A stretch of 56,342 nucleotides of DNA, the filler included, from Mitosporidium daphniae (lineage: Eukaryota), in assembly GCF_000760515.2 (NCBI RefSeq). It is 2 parts of 2 records of this genome, joined end to end, with 100 filler letters (N's around TTAATTAATTAA, not from the genome) between each part and the next. Parts side by side here need not be neighbours in the genome. Positions count along the whole stretch, not along the records: positions 28,349 to 56,342 come from NW_013546162.1; 1 more part is not named here. The stretch is one strand, 5' to 3'. The notes under the pieces are model-generated. The model searched no databases. It saw nothing but the letters and a program-made list of their open reading frames with translations, and was not told the DNA's origin. The translations under genes and the position numbers were made by a program. Of this stretch, positions 34,670 to 45,566 are shown in pieces. Position 1 is the first letter of the stretch; every line of letters starts with the position of its first letter.

Positions 34670-35971
34670 TCAGAACATGCGCGAGCGCCACGCAACATAG
34701 GCAAGGCATCCGAAAAGCCCAAACATCGTCATCATGACCAGAGCAAAGGGTCCCAGCTGCGTGATGCCGACACCCGGCTGCAGAGGCAACGGCACATTCA
34801 TCCCCATGATGCCGGCAAGCAATGTCAATGGAAGGAAGATCACAGTAAAGACTGTCAGCCGTTTGACGACTTCATTCATCCGATTAGAGGCATCCGTTAG
34901 TTCGATCGATATTTGTGCAAGGTAGTTGGAGTGCGCCGTGTTAAGCGTATCGCGAAAGTGTTCCAGAGACTGTCCCAGGGACAGTACATGGTCTTGTGCG
35001 TCTCGCATGTAAAGCAGTGTCCGTGGCGTGCCGCGTACCGGCACGGGGGCGCCTGTTCCGGGGGCCCCCGGGTATTTTGTTTGCCCCACATCACCAAGCA
35101 ATTTGAGCCCGACAGACTTGAAAAGCTCGCGCTTTGGAAGCAGAATCCGTAGCAGCGCTGTCGTTGCCTTGCGTGCGATGCCGATTCGCNGGACCATGTC
35201 TGATTTGTCCGCCTGAGAAAGCAGCAGAACCAGATCATCGATGGAATCGACTTCAAACTCTAGCGCTTTGGTAAGGGGAATCAGTGCGTCTACAAAGTCG
35301 TCCAAAAGTGCATATAGGATCCAATCTGGCGAGGCAGGAGCCGAATTCGAGCCGCCGGTTGCAGAGATCGCTGGAGGGGCGAATGGATTGTTTGAAGCAA
35401 TCGCAGCATCCAGGCGCCGCAATACGCGCGAGACATGGTGCGAAATAGGGCGTGGGTGCATCGAAATGATGCCCCGCTCAGAAATGCCAATGTAAATGTA
35501 GGCCGGGTCCACGGTGCTGCTTGTATCTCCGGCTGTGGCAATTGTTGAGACAACAATAAAAAGGTAATGATCAAACAGCTCGCATTTTTCGCGCGTATCC
35601 ATCTCCACAATGTCTTCAATGGTAAGCGGGTGAAAGCCGCCTCCGGGCACCATCGCCTGGCCACAGGTTATGATATCCTCCCTACTCGGAGAGGTCATGT
35701 CGATCCAAAAGGAGGCCTCTTCCGGCAACGTGTGTAGCGCAGACATGAGCCCAGTGCAGTCTTCAAAAAATTGAGCCTTTATGGAGTCCGAGTACAGCGT
35801 AAATCGTGGTTGCCCACCAAGATACGAGGAAATAGCGGTACGCCGACCGCCACTGGTCTTCCGATCCAAATAGTCGTCTGCCTGCTTCACGTTTGTACCT
35901 CCTCCGTTTCCATCTGTGAAGAGGCTCTTGGTAGGGTGTGGGCTCTGCTGGGGATTGGAGGAAGGATGCAT
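34670..35971 (-). CDS. CorA-family Mg2+ transporter (Alr1/Mnr2-like)
   Basis: FWID; HPLTIEDI...REKCELF; HSNYLAQISI; GIMGMNV motif between two TM helices. Confidence 0.92.
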   Translation of the reverse strand: MHPSSNPQQSPHPTKSLFTDGNGGGTNVKQADDYLDRKTSGGRRTAISSYLGGQPRFTLYSDSIKAQFFEDCTGLMSALHTLPEEASFWIDMTSPSREDIITCGQAMVPGGGFHPLTIEDIVEMDTREKCELFDHYLFIVVSTIATAGDTSSTVDPAYIYIGISERGIISMHPRPISHHVSRVLRRLDAAIASNNPFAPPAISATGGSNSAPASPDWILYALLDDFVDALIPLTKALEFEVDSIDDLVLLLSQADKSDMVXRIGIARKATTALLRILLPKRELFKSVGLKLLGDVGQTKYPGAPGTGAPVPVRGTPRTLLYMRDAQDHVLSLGQSLEHFRDTLNTAHSNYLAQISIELTDASNRMNEVVKRLTVFTVIFLPLTLLAGIMGMNVPLPLQPGVGITQLGPFALVMMTMFGLFGCLAYVAWRSRMF

Positions 35972-36220
35972 TGGTGAAACGAAAATGAATTTGGATGCCG
36001 AAATTCAACATAAATTGGGGGTTCCACCAATGGGAATCCGGGCAGGGTTAGGGTTGCAATGAAACACCAACTGCTCAAATCTTGATGCCATTGCAAGGTT
36101 CGGCGGCGCCATGCTACGCGCATCAATAGGCCGTTTAAATACTGCCGTTGCCTTAACGCGGCTCACACATCCCAATACATTTTTCCATTAATTTACTATA
36201 AGTTTGGTTGGGATTCGCGT

Positions 36221-39200
36221 TTAATGTTCCGGTTCGCGTACATAAAGAGCGAGCTCGTAAAGCGAGGGGGTCTCGCCCAGAGGAACAGCCGAAATCAGCG
36301 ATTGCACTTGATCCGGGGTAAGCCCTAGCTGCCGTCGTATCACATCAACAGGATCTGCTCGTCCAGGCTTGCAGCCCTGGCGCAGAGCTTGGACTAGGTC
36401 CATTGCCGCAAGGGCTGTGGACAAGTAATTGGCATCCTCCCCACAACTGCTCTTCAGTAAGCAAATGTCGACAACCGCGCTCAGCAGCGAAACGCCAAAT
36501 TTGACGTCCAAGGGCCCAGTTGCGTTAATAAAATCAACGCATGGCACCCTGATGTGACCAGCAGCACACGTGACCGTTGCTTGGGACAGAATGGCAAGCA
36601 GAGATTTGGCCCTCGTTGTTGGTAAAATGTTCGGCCAAACCATGGTGCGCAAAAGCTCGTCGCTCAGCCCATAATGAGTAGCCACACGTGCAAGTGTGGC
36701 AGGGGCATGGTCTGCGTGAGATTCTTTCTGCTGTGCCTCCTCGTCCATGTCTAGTGCGCTCTCAAGCGCCTCGGAAAGCCGCTCGGCAAGGACAATCTCT
36801 GAACGCTCTGTCAAATGGTAAAAGTTTGGATTTGCCCGCATCCGTTCAAGCAACCAACTGTGCTGACATATGTAATCCATAGCCGCCTGCAAGGTTGCTT
36901 CATCCCCAGCATTAGATGCGAGAAGTGCAGCTGGAAGTGCCATGGCTAGTGATGGCATCAGGACAGATTCTCCAGGGGACATCATCATGCTTGTCGAGAG
37001 ACCTTGGCTCTCGCAACTAAAGAGCACCGGGCCCATAGTGGCAGGTGCACCCATGGCTAGTCCCAATCCGAACATACAGGCATTTTCCAACACGGCCGCC
37101 GTTTGCCATGCAATGATTTGCTTCAATCGGCAAATTTCGGTGGAGGCGATGACCTCTCCTACCATCGAAAGTGGGGTGATGAGAATCGGGAGAAGCCCTC
37201 TATTGAAAGCCGTCCATCCAAGCGGATCGGCAGCATATGCGATGCCAGCTGCAAGCCATTCGAGATAATCGCATTTGACATCAGCCCCATCGCCAATCAA
37301 TTCTGCGATGGCATCGGCATCAGTAGCCAAGGAAAGCTTGTTGCAACGAACATGGCGCATCAATGTGGCGGCCAGCGCGTTTGCAGCGTCCTCATCAGCG
37401 ACGCAGAGTAACACGCTATCACGACTCGTTTGTGGGCCATTGTCTTCGATGAGCGGAAGCAATGGTAAAAAAGCACTGTTTTTCTCTTCATTCTGGTCAA
37501 CTCTCCAAAAGCGCACAACAGATGCCTGCGGTCGGCGATGCGGCAGGCGGAGAAGTCGGCCAGGGCTTGTCCCAACCCAGCGTCCAAGCGATCGTAATGA
37601 GGGCATGGTGGCAGGGGCCACAAGTAGCGACACAGAAGCATCTGCCAGAGCATGTATTTCTGTAAGCAAAAGCTCTTGGTACAGCATTTGAGACTCACTT
37701 ATCACCCCCCATTCCATCACCAAGCGGACGGAAAATGGGAAAGAAGACGCAGATACAGCACGAAGTAGTCCAAAAAGGAACGTGACTTCGCCCACTGCGA
37801 CTACAGGCTTTTGGTGATCCGCATTTTCAAACAAGGAGGCAAGGGCCGACGGAAGCGAATGCTTCTCATCCAAGAGCAACTGCCCGGGTTCAAAGAGCGC
37901 AGCCAAAGTGCGGCCCAACGCCACGCGCCTGCCACGCCATGGTGATGTGGCCAAAACCAGTTGCCTTTTCACTTTAGGTGTATCATCGATAAGAGCTACC
38001 TCTACAGGCTGTTCGCAAGCAATGGTCAAGCCTATGCCAAACTCCAGCAAACGCACCATAGTGGCTGCATCGGCAAGCAGCGAAAACGGTAACCCCACCA
38101 CCAATGGCGAACACTCCAATCTTAAAAGCCACAGAACATGCCGCTCTACGGCACTGAGCATGACGGTATGATCAGGGGAAGTGGTATCGGTTTTCATGCA
38201 ATCCGTAACATTGGCCTGGCACATATAAAGGGCGCGAACCTGCTCCAAAGAGACTGGCGCAAGCTGTTCGATGCGCTTTAGTGGCACTTCCTCATCCGCA
38301 GGGAGTTGCAAGGCACGGAAAGAAATAGGTAGCCTCACGTCGCAGTGATGAAACCTGTCTGAAAGCACGTGAATCATAATGGCTGGCGGCACAGGACGAC
38401 CAATGGGTACACGAAGAGTGGCTGTTGTCACAGTTTCACGTAACAAGAGCCGTTGGTGGTGCAGGATTTTCTCGTCCTCCAGGTCGGTCAGAAACAGCCA
38501 AAATGCAATCGAATGGGATTCCGTACGCTGGATGGCAACATCAACGCGAAGAATATCTTGTGTCAAGGGGATCGCAGAGGCTGTGATCTCAATGCTCGGC
38601 AACACGCTCAAATCAATCTTCTGCGGGATCAAGGCAGCTAATTCACCGGGAGTCAGCAATCGTAGCTGTGCCAGGTTCAATTCGCGACGTTCAAGACGCG
38701 CAAGATCTGCTGCTGCGGTGGTTTCTTTGTCAAGCAGCTGGATGACTGGCGAACAAGTGGGCCAACACCGCAGTTCTACTGAGCGCGCAAGCAGCAAGGC
38801 GGTACGGGCCACTGCAAACAGACCCGCTCCACCGCCTCGATTTCCTCTCTCCATCACCGCAATTTCAAAGATAGCGCGAAGTAATCGCGGAGCTATTGCC
38901 GCCACATGAGCAGCATCCATTGCCATAGGCCCATCCTCCAATCCAACGCGACTGATTACGGCCTGCAGAAGCAATGCTGCTTTGTGTGTACGCTCCATAG
39001 GCACAGGTAGAAGCGAGGCAAGGCGATCGAGCGCCCCTTGTTCTTCCTCGCGGATTCGCGAAAGGGCGGCAAGCTCCATGGTGCGTGAAAGCAAAGAAAG
39101 CACTCGTTCATATGCCGATACGGCAGCAATCGATGCTCTTTCGCCCTGTGGGCGGAGCTCATGGAGGATAGTCCGAATGGTGGCTGGTGCTATATAGAAG

Positions 39201-42200
39201 AAAGACGCAATCTCGCCCAGTGGAGTTGCGTGAAACAACGAAGAGGACGCTGTGGCGCCCTCCACTAGTCCAAGGAGGCGAATCAGCGCCATAGATGCTG
39301 ACGCCAGCGTCACAATCCACTCTCGGGGATCCCCCCCTTGAGGGTCTATCCCAAGCGCAGCTGGGTCGTCACGAACCATTTGCCCCAAAAACAATCGATC
39401 TGAAATCCATGCACATGCGTCGTCCATACTTCGTATAAGCGTAGAACGAGCAACTTCCGCAGCAAGGTGAGGAAGAATTCGCATCATCATAGAACAGGAG
39501 GAGGAAGAAAAGGAAGAAGCCGATGATGTGATGCCGTCGGCTTCCCCATCTGTCGCTGCCGTGGTGAGCATCTGAGAAAGCACCGGCTGTGCCGTGACAG
39601 CTACATACCGTGAGAGGTTCTCGTGCGAGGTCAGCAGCAATGCCTCGCCATGGCGGTCAAATTGAGGCCGCCCGGCACGCCCCCACATTTGAAGCAAGTC
39701 TTGGGAGCTTAGCAATGTCCATGCAGGGCCACTTCCTGATTCCGTGCCTGGATCGTATATTTCGGTGCCCTTAATGATGACCGTGTGTGCGGGCAAGTTA
39801 ACGCCCCATGCCAATGTGGCTGTGGAGACGAGCACAGAAAGCTGTCCGCTGCCAAAGAGCCGCTCAACAGTACCGCGGTCTTGCCGCGAAAGTCCAGCAT
39901 GATGGATGCCGATTCCCGCCGGCATCAGCTCGCCAAGCTCTGCCGAATCGAAAGCAGAATCGTTAGCATCTTCGGCGTCATTCCCGCCCGCGCGATGAAA
40001 AAGAGCAAGAAGGCCACGAGTGGCAGCTCCATCGCGCAGCAGCCGTGCCGTACGTGCTGTTTCCCGCCGCGAGTGCACAAACACAAGGATAGGGCCCTGC
40101 GGCAATCGTTCAATGACCTCTTCAAGCAGAATCTCATTCATCTTCGCCATGCGCTTGGATACCTTTCGTTCCATGACACCATAAAAGGAAAGGGATAAGG
40201 GACACGGGCGCCATTCGCCGCCAAAGCAATGAACGCGGGCTCGAAGCCAGCTACCCACTTGCTCAGCATTTGGAAGCGTGGCTGAAAGCGCCACAATACG
40301 CGCCTCGCCCAAAGAACGCGCTACGATCGCCTCCAGCGCAGTACCTCTTGGTGCATCTCCAATCAAATGCACTTCGTCTACGATCAGCAAATCAGGGATC
40401 AGTGCCGCCGGTTTTCTGGAAACGATGTCCCACTTTTCTGGCGTGGCCACTATTAGACGGCATGAGGCAAAGCCTTGTTCGGCGAGAAGAGCACCTAAAC
40501 CACCTCCCGATTCTCCTGTGAGTTCGGAGATGGCGAGTTCGTTGGAATCCCAAAGCCCACTTTCCAAAAAGCGGGATCGAAACGTAGCCGTAATTTCACT
40601 TACAAGCGCACGCATAGGGGCTATGTAAACGGCAATGGTGGACCGCTTGCTTGCGACGGTCTCGCCGTCAGAAGATTCTATAATCGTGCTGCAGCCTGGA
40701 AAGTCGATTTTACGCCCACAAGCAGAGCCAAACAGGCGTAACAAGGCAAGGATGGCAATTCCGGTCTTTCCAGCACCAGTGGGCGCAGAGACCAATAAAT
40801 TTTGATCCGAAAAAAAGGCGTGCGCAAGTACGGCAGACTGAATGCGATTGAGGGTCGGTTGGCCCTCCCAGGCCCCATGGGTCCATGAGGGGAGAGCCTC
40901 TACAACGCAAAGTGAAGGAGCATCGCGAACGTGAGCAGGAATCGCCGGAGGTGCTGGAACGTGAATCAGCTCATAGCCAGCATGAGCACGTCGCCAAGAA
41001 CCTGGCGGTAGTGGCAGTCTACGCGCAGCAAGCGTCTGCGCGTCGCGGGCATCACGCGCCATCGCCGCAAGTGTTTCCGCTGACGAGCTAGAACTTGATT
41101 TGGAAGGGGCAGTCGATGCTATTACAGAGGACGCGTCGACAGTAGAATTTTTTTCAAACGGCGCTACCGCAGATGTCGTCCTTGGGGTATCAACAAGCGC
41201 TGCAAGAACAGCGCCCTCTGGGCCTTCAGCGATGAGCTGCTGAAGAATAGCTTCTTTGGCCTCGCCATCTCCGCCGAGAGGGTCTGCCTCTGCAAGGGCT
41301 ATCCCCGCCACCAATGCCATACGATTGCTCACTAAAAGCGACAGAAGCTCAAATGGATTTTCGTGGCGTGAATGGTGCTTGCACAATTCTTTAAGGATCC
41401 GGCCTTCGAGGATCCAACCCTCGAGGGTACGGTCTTGCAACAAGGCGAGAACAGCTTTAGATCTTGAGTGAGAAACCCAGGCATCTTCTCCTGGCAAGGA
41501 GAGCAGTCGTTGTAGATAATGTACATCGATATCTCGAATGTCTATTCTCGGAATAGAACTTTTTGGCAGGTGCATGTCTCCTTGTTCCTCTTCAGAGGGT
41601 ACCACATGCGACAAGTAGAAGGGGTCGATTTCCGTTTCCTCATCGCCCCTAAATTGCCCGATATTTTCTTCGGGATCTTCCTTGATATCTGGGAGATACT
41701 GGCTTGCTTCGCCGCCGCCGTCATCATCATCATCATTGAGGAGATGGTCTGGTTCCACTACAGTTAGACCGAAAGATTCCTCTTCTGCCTCTGCAGTATT
41801 TGCTTCCGTAGATGTCGATGCCGAGGCATTCCAGTCTACCAGGCGTTTTGAGAGTGCAAGAAGCTGCGAAAATGCAAGACTTTCCATGGGGCGCATTAAC
41901 AGGGCCTCCAGAGAGCTCCTCTGCTCAAGCTCACGTAGTTCGGAAGAGCAGAGAATGATCAGAGCCTCGTCAAGAAGCGCCCGTCCCATTTCACCCGACT
42001 CTTCTTCGGCAAGGTCCATCACCAGCTTTAGCATGCGCTCGTAAATGGAGCGAGTCTCCTGAGTTCGTGGCCGATATTTTAGCGTCGCAAGCTCACTTAG
42101 GGTCAAAGAAGAAGATTGTGATAGCGCATCGCTCATATGACCGCCACCATTTGTAGATTCATCAGAGGGAGGCTTCCTTTTCGTGCTAGGCAACTTCGGC

Positions 42201-42376
42201 CGTTCCCTCTCCGCCTTTGCGCCGAATTCTAAGGGGTTGATGCGACCCCAAAGAGAGCCGATCTCACTGCCGTCCTCTACATCGTGCTCGCCTCGTTTTT
42301 TGCCGTCTGAATGAAGAACCAAATTCGCATTTCGGGCATAATCAAAGCGGTGTACATGCTCATCGTCGCCAGCCAT
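36221..42376 (-). CDS. BRR2: U5 snRNP helicase Brr2 (SNRNP200), intronless, degenerate second cassette
   Basis: N-terminal YARNANLVLHSD and YRPRTQETRSIYE; LNRIQS; APTGAGKT; TPEKWD; DEVH; LSATLPN; STATLAWGVNLPAHTVIIKGT; QMWGRAGRPQFD; RANPNFYHL. Likely start MAGDD at 42376. Confidence 0.92.
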   Translation of the reverse strand: MAGDDEHVHRFDYARNANLVLHSDGKKRGEHDVEDGSEIGSLWGRINPLEFGAKAERERPKLPSTKRKPPSDESTNGGGHMSDALSQSSSLTLSELATLKYRPRTQETRSIYERMLKLVMDLAEEESGEMGRALLDEALIILCSSELRELEQRSSLEALLMRPMESLAFSQLLALSKRLVDWNASASTSTEANTAEAEEESFGLTVVEPDHLLNDDDDDGGGEASQYLPDIKEDPEENIGQFRGDEETEIDPFYLSHVVPSEEEQGDMHLPKSSIPRIDIRDIDVHYLQRLLSLPGEDAWVSHSRSKAVLALLQDRTLEGWILEGRILKELCKHHSRHENPFELLSLLVSNRMALVAGIALAEADPLGGDGEAKEAILQQLIAEGPEGAVLAALVDTPRTTSAVAPFEKNSTVDASSVIASTAPSKSSSSSSAETLAAMARDARDAQTLAARRLPLPPGSWRRAHAGYELIHVPAPPAIPAHVRDAPSLCVVEALPSWTHGAWEGQPTLNRIQSAVLAHAFFSDQNLLVSAPTGAGKTGIAILALLRLFGSACGRKIDFPGCSTIIESSDGETVASKRSTIAVYIAPMRALVSEITATFRSRFLESGLWDSNELAISELTGESGGGLGALLAEQGFASCRLIVATPEKWDIVSRKPAALIPDLLIVDEVHLIGDAPRGTALEAIVARSLGEARIVALSATLPNAEQVGSWLRARVHCFGGEWRPCPLSLSFYGVMERKVSKRMAKMNEILLEEVIERLPQGPILVFVHSRRETARTARLLRDGAATRGLLALFHRAGGNDAEDANDSAFDSAELGELMPAGIGIHHAGLSRQDRGTVERLFGSGQLSVLVSTATLAWGVNLPAHTVIIKGTEIYDPGTESGSGPAWTLLSSQDLLQMWGRAGRPQFDRHGEALLLTSHENLSRYVAVTAQPVLSQMLTTAATDGEADGITSSASSFSSSSCSMMMRILPHLAAEVARSTLIRSMDDACAWISDRLFLGQMVRDDPAALGIDPQGGDPREWIVTLASASMALIRLLGLVEGATASSSLFHATPLGEIASFFYIAPATIRTILHELRPQGERASIAAVSAYERVLSLLSRTMELAALSRIREEEQGALDRLASLLPVPMERTHKAALLLQAVISRVGLEDGPMAMDAAHVAAIAPRLLRAIFEIAVMERGNRGGGAGLFAVARTALLLARSVELRCWPTCSPVIQLLDKETTAAADLARLERRELNLAQLRLLTPGELAALIPQKIDLSVLPSIEITASAIPLTQDILRVDVAIQRTESHSIAFWLFLTDLEDEKILHHQRLLLRETVTTATLRVPIGRPVPPAIMIHVLSDRFHHCDVRLPISFRALQLPADEEVPLKRIEQLAPVSLEQVRALYMCQANVTDCMKTDTTSPDHTVMLSAVERHVLWLLRLECSPLVVGLPFSLLADAATMVRLLEFGIGLTIACEQPVEVALIDDTPKVKRQLVLATSPWRGRRVALGRTLAALFEPGQLLLDEKHSLPSALASLFENADHQKPVVAVGEVTFLFGLLRAVSASSFPFSVRLVMEWGVISESQMLYQELLLTEIHALADASVSLLVAPATMPSLRSLGRWVGTSPGRLLRLPHRRPQASVVRFWRVDQNEEKNSAFLPLLPLIEDNGPQTSRDSVLLCVADEDAANALAATLMRHVRCNKLSLATDADAIAELIGDGADVKCDYLEWLAAGIAYAADPLGWTAFNRGLLPILITPLSMVGEVIASTEICRLKQIIAWQTAAVLENACMFGLGLAMGAPATMGPVLFSCESQGLSTSMMMSPGESVLMPSLAMALPAALLASNAGDEATLQAAMDYICQHSWLLERMRANPNFYHLTERSEIVLAERLSEALESALDMDEEAQQKESHADHAPATLARVATHYGLSDELLRTMVWPNILPTTRAKSLLAILSQATVTCAAGHIRVPCVDFINATGPLDVKFGVSLLSAVVDICLLKSSCGEDANYLSTALAAMDLVQALRQGCKPGRADPVDVIRRQLGLTPDQVQSLISAVPLGETPSLYELALYVREPEH

Positions 42377-42643
42377 GAACGCGATTTGTAAGCTCTGTAA
42401 AATTCGGTTGTGCTTGGCCGTTAATTTAAAATGTACGTTAAATTGTAAAGTTGTGTTTAAATGTTTACGATAAACATTTACAACCCTGCGATTGGATATG
42501 AATCGATCAGCAAAACATGGGATTGCTGGATATTTGTTTTGACAACGTCGAATGCTAATCAGAAACAGATGGCTGCATGTAAACAAAGGAAGTAGCCTGA
42601 ACTCTTTAAAAGGGACGCAAATCATGTCGCCAACATATTCCGA

Positions 42644-43558
42644 ATGAAATTGAATTTGTATCTCACCTCATTTCTTGCTACTGCATTGGCACTTTCGAGC
42701 GTCGGAGAGGCCAAAGAAGAAAGACTTTTTGGAATCGAAACGATCCCCACGTATAATGGCCGCACCCAATACGTTTACATTTATGGCCCCAACAAGCGTT
42801 CCCGCTGTGAGGCCGTCAAGGCATGCAAAGCTCTTTCTGGCGGCCATCTTGCCAGCATTCCATCTCAACATGTTTTGAAATATCTGGAAAAGTTTGTCAA
42901 AAAGAGTCCCGCATTTATCGGATCATGGGAGGGAAATGATTACCAAGGTGCTGCTATTGCAATCTACCCCGGCGGAGCCATTGCAATTGCCAACCCCGAA
43001 CTTGGCGATTTTATCTGCGAGGTACCTTTGGATGGCGCGTGTACGTGCTCAGAAAGCTCAAGCACTGAAGACTTGGAGACTTCCACTACATGGTGGTCCA
43101 CCACGGATAGCAGCGAGCCCACTACATGCTCGTCCACTTCAAGCGACTCTACCAGCTGCTCAACTAGCTCTAGCACCAGCTCAACTAGCTGCAGCACCAG
43201 CTCAAGCGACTCTAGCAGCACTACCTGCACGAGCTCGACATCATCAAGCAGCTGCCCATTCTACTTTAGTTCTGACATTCAAGAGTCAACTTCCACCTGC
43301 GATCATTCCTCATATAACTCGTGCGATTTGTTCGCTCCGATTAACTTTTCCTTTTCAGCCGACTCCTCGTCTGAACCTTTTTGTGATATGAACTTTGGCT
43401 ATAAGAACGCTGGAGACAATGCAATCGGTAATGATGACATGCCAAGCCCCCCCGTAGATAATGATCCTGATAGCACCCTCTCCACCATATCTGAAAATTC
43501 TAGTGAATATGTCCCAGATGTGGAAGAATACTATAAGACGTGGCCACTTTATGAATGA
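42644..43558 (+). CDS. Secreted protein: signal peptide + C-type-lectin-like domain + Ser/Thr/Cys-rich stalk
   Basis: Hydrophobic signal MKLNLYLTSFLATALALSS; EAVKACKALSGGHLASI...FIG...FICE pattern; long S/T/C tract. Confidence 0.7.
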   Translation: MKLNLYLTSFLATALALSSVGEAKEERLFGIETIPTYNGRTQYVYIYGPNKRSRCEAVKACKALSGGHLASIPSQHVLKYLEKFVKKSPAFIGSWEGNDYQGAAIAIYPGGAIAIANPELGDFICEVPLDGACTCSESSSTEDLETSTTWWSTTDSSEPTTCSSTSSDSTSCSTSSSTSSTSCSTSSSDSSSTTCTSSTSSSSCPFYFSSDIQESTSTCDHSSYNSCDLFAPINFSFSADSSSEPFCDMNFGYKNAGDNAIGNDDMPSPPVDNDPDSTLSTISENSSEYVPDVEEYYKTWPLYE

Positions 43559-44552
43559 ATTTAGCGGTTAATAAACTCTAGATTTTATTAGTGCTGCTTG
43601 TCAATCAAATGTGTTGATTTTGATGCACTCAAAGTTAGGGTTAGGGTTCAATCAGTCTGGCCAGGCGCAATTTTCCAAATTACATACGATGATCAGCAGC
43701 GGTGCGTTATTTACACTTACCACTTGGGAGAAGCGTGAGAAAATCCAAGTAGCTTGTGACAATATGCATCCCAATTTGGGTCAACATCGCTTATAAGGCG
43801 TACAAATCACTAAATATTGAGTTTATTAAAAATGAGCCTATCCAGACGCATCTTCAACCTCCATTTGTTTTTTAAATCACCGCACTCGCACGATCGCTCG
43901 AATCTCAATATGTTTTAGAAAGAGTTACAGAATGATCTCAAGAGAAATTTGCAAAAAATTCAATCAAATCGGTGCAAGCCCGTGGTTTAAGGGAGTTAGC
44001 TAACCCCTACAGGCACAAATCGAAATTAGTAATATGCCATTGCGAAATACTTGCTTTGGCCACAAACGTTCAGAGAAAAGCCTGCACCTGCGAGAAACTC
44101 AACGCGATCGATTTCTTTGCGGATAACCACGAAATCACTCAATCAATTGCCAATACATTGCGATTTCATTAAATAGGGCCAAACGACTTTATGTATAGGC
44201 CAAGTTAAAGGGAACCAAGGGTTTGTGCTTGTGGCATGACGCTCGAAAAGGTATTTGAAAGGCAAAGATGGCCACAATAAACTTGTAAAGCATGCTCAGG
44301 TAAGTTCCTGATCAACGGACGGACGTTCAGGAAATTTCATGTCAAATCGCTGAGATATGCAAAATAAAATGCCAATTACGGTGTCCAGCATCCATAAAAG
44401 AGCAAATTGAGCTTTAATTGGGGTCTGCGTCAACATGGTCGCGTTCTTTCTACTGATGGTTAGGTTCGAAAGCTTGCCAATGGATTTGGCTGACTCCTGA
44501 CTTTGACCTATGTGATGGATGACATCCAGGGACACCATTAAATGTTATTTTT

Positions 44553-45257
44553 ATGAATTTGAGTGATTCTATTGCAGTTGTGATACCTAGGATTTTTGAT
44601 GAATATAGCTCTGAACGTCTATGTTCAGAATATGTGTATCTGGGGCAATTAAAACGCAAATCAGACCTCTGTTATGTCGACATAGGCCTATGCAATCAAA
44701 AGAGCCCCAATCAGACCCCCAAAAACAGAGGCCATGGAATTGATTTTTATTCGTACGTTAGCAGTGATGGGAGTTTTCGAAATTTTAGCTCCAATAGGCG
44801 CTCCTCTGCTAAAGACACATCAATATGTTCCTCAGAAAGGCTATATCGGCGAAACAAAGGGAAATGCACTTTCCTACCTAGCCGGCAGCACATGCGCTCC
44901 GCCGGCTTGGAGTTATCTGATGCACTGTGTAGAAAAAGTCAATTACCGGCTACGTCTGAGGAAACCCTACTACCTGGCCTGGTTGAGCTGCCTTTTTATA
45001 ATCCTTTGCGAAAATTTAAGCGCAAATGTTCGGAATTTCGGGATGCAATGTCTGTTTTGAAACCTGCTTTTGCAAGCGTAGGCCTCCCACCAACTGGAAA
45101 ATCGCCCTCCGTTATATCGGTCGAGATAATTCGACCTAGTAGCCAGCATCCTGATCAGCTCTACCGAATGTGGCTTTCGCAGCAAACTTCACACAGATCA
45201 TTGAAGTCAACTTTGCTGAATTTCACAAACTGTGCGTCGAAAGTGCCTGCATTATAA
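44553..45257 (+). CDS. Hypothetical protein (may have upstream exons from about 43830)
   Basis: 234-aa ORF; intron-like GCTAAC...CAG at about 44000; no family recognised. Confidence 0.4.
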   Translation: MNLSDSIAVVIPRIFDEYSSERLCSEYVYLGQLKRKSDLCYVDIGLCNQKSPNQTPKNRGHGIDFYSYVSSDGSFRNFSSNRRSSAKDTSICSSERLYRRNKGKCTFLPSRQHMRSAGLELSDALCRKSQLPATSEETLLPGLVELPFYNPLRKFKRKCSEFRDAMSVLKPAFASVGLPPTGKSPSVISVEIIRPSSQHPDQLYRMWLSQQTSHRSLKSTLLNFTNCASKVPAL

Positions 45258-45566
45258 ATACTTGACTTGCCAATTTGGCTCCACGGGGTATTTTTATTTG
45301 GATGGCGAGATTCAAGCTGCAGCGCATCAAAAGAGACATAGGCCAAGTTGTTTTGGTGCGCTCGGGACGTGTGTTTGCTATGTATTTGCATTGCACATGC
45401 TTGATCTCCCTTTAAGAACAAAAAATAGGGTAGCAAATCGGTGTTTTGCAAGAGACTCTGATGTAAAAGTATCTTCGCATCTAGCAAGCACGCTGCTCCT
45501 CAAATGCACAGTCGCCCCTATGCTTTATACCATTACATGGAACGTGTGTACATTGATGCTCAAAAT

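Noticed and set aside
42377..42625. 83-aa N-terminal extension of the BRR2 ORF
   Set aside because: Covers the AT-rich bidirectional promoter; homology begins at MAGDD (42376).
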